Source: Oikopleura dioica
Taxonomy: Eukaryota; Animalia; Chordata
Assembly (NCBI GenBank): GCA_907165135.1
Contig: OU015566.1
Location: 13,950,001-14,014,000, forward strand
Reading direction: 5' to 3'
Length of the DNA: 64,000 nt
In this document: positions 61,801 to 64,000 of the stretch, one piece after another
Numbering within the stretch: position 1 is the stretch's first letter
Layout: each line of letters opens with the position of its first letter
Notes under the pieces: generated by a model
Seen by the model: only the letters and a program-made list of their open reading frames with translations
Told to the model about the DNA's origin: nothing
Database searches by the model: none
Made by a program: the position numbers and the translations under genes

Positions 61801-64000
61801 CGATTTTTTTTCAAAAAAGTAACTTAAAAACAATAAAAGAAACGCGCTGTAGTCGCCTTTCTTATTATATCATAAGATTATCGAAGAAAAACATTTCTTT
61901 ATAGATGAAATTGGCATCAATAACTCAAGTTTGCCCATAAATTTAGATGTCGTTGATATCTGTTGAGAAAAAATGTCCAGAAATTTGATACCCCCTCTCT
62001 TTGAATTTGTCCCCCGAAAACCCCATAAAATCCGAAAAATGTCCAGAAATTTGATGTCCAGAAATTTTATAAAAAACTGTATGGGTATTATACCGACGTT
62101 CACTGTTTCACTCCGACGTGGGTATTTAAACCCTCGTTCACTTTTTTTTTGAACATGGGTATTCGATACCCACGTTCGCTCTTACTGGCGAACGTGGTTA
62201 TTTTTCAGGCTTTTTGAAAACAGGAGCACATACCATCTCCAGCTTCGGCCGCAGAACCAAGCCGTCTTACACCCCTTACGGTGGGCTTTTATTTTGGAGG
62301 TGATACGTAATGTTTCGAGAGCAAGTTGTTTTATTAACCACCGTTCAAACAAATTTTCATTCATTTAACGTGGGTATTTCTACCCACCTTCGGACACCTG
62401 AGCGAACGTGGGTATTTATACCCTCGTTCGAGAAATCACCGAACGTGGGTATAAATACCCACATGACCGCTTACAACCGAAGAGGAAATCAACAGCGGCA
62501 CTGACGAGTTAAAGTTGACCCAGCGAGGCAGGCTAGAAGATGACAAGTCAAGCAGTACGTCTCGGGAAGTTTGAGTCGACAAGTGCAAGGCAGTGGCAGT
62601 AAGGGCTCTTCCGTTGGCGTCGTTGGCGTCATAACAAGCTCGTCTAGGTCAAGAGTTAAGCGGCAAAATTCCGGTAGTGCTTAACTTGGCGGAAGAATCG
62701 ATTAAGTCGAAACGAGTACCTGCGTTGACCCCGAGTTATAAACTGATCAAGTTTGTTTACTCCTTCAGGGGCTTTGTGAGAAGCAAATTAAGGCAGTTCC
62801 GAGGTAAGAATCACCGTTCGTGGCGGAGCAAGTATAAGCAGAAATGCAGCGGTTCAAAGGTCTCCAGAAGTCTCCCAGATCGCGTTTTGGCCGAGTGAAA
62901 GCAGGCGATCGAAAGCGTGTTACTTATCGTGAAGAAGTCCGGTGTCCGGCGAAAGCAATGAGCACATCTGTTGTCACCAGTTGATATGTTCGAAGTGCTT
63001 TCTTAGTTCACGAGGTCTTGCTTTACTCTCTAGTCTAACTGTAGCCTCTAGATAAAATAGGGGGTGGTCTAAACTTTGAAGTTCATATGTGCGATAAGAA
63101 CTTCGGGTGGCCTAAACTTTGATCGTTTCCATGTGCGATCCTTTGAGAAAGTGGCCTAAACTTTGAATTTCCCCGGAGGCGGTTCTGCCATCGGTGACTA
63201 GAGCACTGCCCGCTAAGGCCACTACGCTTTATGCAGACCAATTAGGATAACAGTTTTCATTCAAGGTGATGACACACATGTACTAGTCAGAGTGCCTAGG
63301 GGGGAATTCAAAGTTTAGACCACTTTCACACATAGGAGGAATCAAAGTTTAGGCCACTTTCTCAAGGAATCACACATGAGAACGATCAAAGTTTAGGCCA
63401 CAGGAAATTCTTATCGCACACAACAACTTCAAAGTTTAGACCACCACCTATTTTAACACGGAAAAGGGTAGTTTAGGTGTTGTATTCCAGTAAGGTGAAC
63501 ACTGACTTTACACTTGATTGTGTATGAGTTGACTGACTGAACGCAGTGGAAAAGTGGCGGGCGCCTCCAGATCTCTATCAGATCTAACGGCTTTTTGCTG
63601 ACCTCAAATTATTATAAATTTTCGACCAATAAAAGCTCCCCGAACGACCGTCTAGATAAGTGTTACTATTACGCGCCTGATTATAACCTTAACAGATTCG
63701 AGGACGCCCAAGGTGAGAATCAGCCCTTAAATTTTCCTTGTTCCTTGACATTTAAGGCTACATCGCGAGCAACCACGTCAATGCTCGAACATCTTCAATC
63801 AGCTTCGGCGGCACATTTATTTTGATGAGCTTGAGACTCGGCACAAACTGGATCACCATTTCGAAAACAGTCGCCCTGAATTCAATTCGAGCAACAGAGG
63901 AGTTGGAGAAGGGCTGGAGAAAAGACGAAATCACGGTTCCAGCTATGTTTCGCGACTTTGATCCAGTGCACGTGATTCCTCTGGAACGGATTCAAAAGAT
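55817..64000 (+). CDS. Duplicate of the 46746 gene (partial, continues beyond the window), interrupted by copy 2 of the direct-repeat element
   Basis: ORFs 56270-57100 and 63595-63825 match copy 1. Confidence 0.6.
58737..61195. mobile_element. 2.46-kb TIR element with CAT..ATG termini and 8-bp TSD (P-element-like, non-autonomous)
   Basis: TIR CATAGTTG(G)AAAAAACAC; TSD GTGCGAAG at 58729-58736 and 61196-61203; empty site at 49596-49603. No transposase recognised. Confidence 0.75.
59347..60067 (-). mobile_element. Internally deleted pogo-like transposon carrying a DDE_1 transposase C-terminal remnant
   Basis: TA-flanked CAGT..ACTG ends with AAGCACTTTTAAGGCCGA subterminal repeats; minus frame 59623-59908 reads HQPLDDVAFCGL*KKIRVYIKD..IFKRSWLNTGL. 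Confidence 0.8.
61663..62470. mobile_element. GGTCATGTGGGTAT-TIR MITE with a nested TA-MITE
   Basis: The right end CGAACGTGGGTATAAATACCCACATGACCGC is the reverse complement of the left end seen intact at 50061; TSD unresolved. Confidence 0.75.
61670..62079. mobile_element. Tc1/mariner-type MITE, 410 bp
   Basis: CAGTT..AACTG ends; AATTTCTGGACAT subterminal inverted repeats; TA TSD at 61668-61669 and 62080-62081; absent at the paralogous site near 50067. Confidence 0.85.
63055..63453. mobile_element. Tc1/mariner-type MITE, 399 bp
   Basis: TIR AAATAGG(G/T)GGTGGTCTAAACTTTGAAGTT; TA TSD at 63053-63054 and 63454-63455; empty TA site at 51330-51331; CTAAACTTTGA subrepeats at both ends. Confidence 0.92.

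Larger units (their letters stand above)
57590..63604 (-). mobile_element. Direct-repeat element copy 2, expanded by nested DNA transposons
   Basis: Terminal repeats at 57590-57782 and 63014-63604 (the latter split by a MITE); same insertion point in the host gene as copy 1. Confidence 0.6.

Overview
Eukaryotic, AT-rich, compact genomic DNA with very short introns (about 30-70 nt), some with GA donors. This pattern points to a larvacean tunicate such as Oikopleura; that is an inference, not a database result. There is no CRISPR array, rRNA or prokaryotic system. From left to right: (1) a ZP-like gene and a Cys-rich/kelch-like pseudogene, each with a MITE inside an exon; (2) two divergent tRNA-Asp genes; (3) three small Pro/Gln-rich genes, one carrying tRNA-His in its intron and a masked CAAX end; (4) a secreted Cys/Thr-rich gene; (5) an intronless TATA-driven gene encoding a 4-fold repeat motif I do not recognise; (6) a ~24 kb tandem array (20.1-44.6 kb) of two minus-strand families, a secreted Cys/coiled-coil/kelch-like protein (K, 4 copies) and an internally duplicated, possibly MATH-like protein (P, 3 copies), with in-frame P/K chimeric ends and a GT/GA donor switch between paralogs; (7) a segmental duplication (46-52 kb vs 55-64 kb) of a membrane Cys/mucin/kelch-like gene interrupted by a decayed direct-repeat-flanked, possibly Penelope-like element. 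Many DNA-transposon insertions (TA, TTAA, 7-, 8- and 9-bp TSDs, several nested) can be confirmed against empty paralogous sites in the window. Gene models were spliced by hand, so exon boundaries are provisional.
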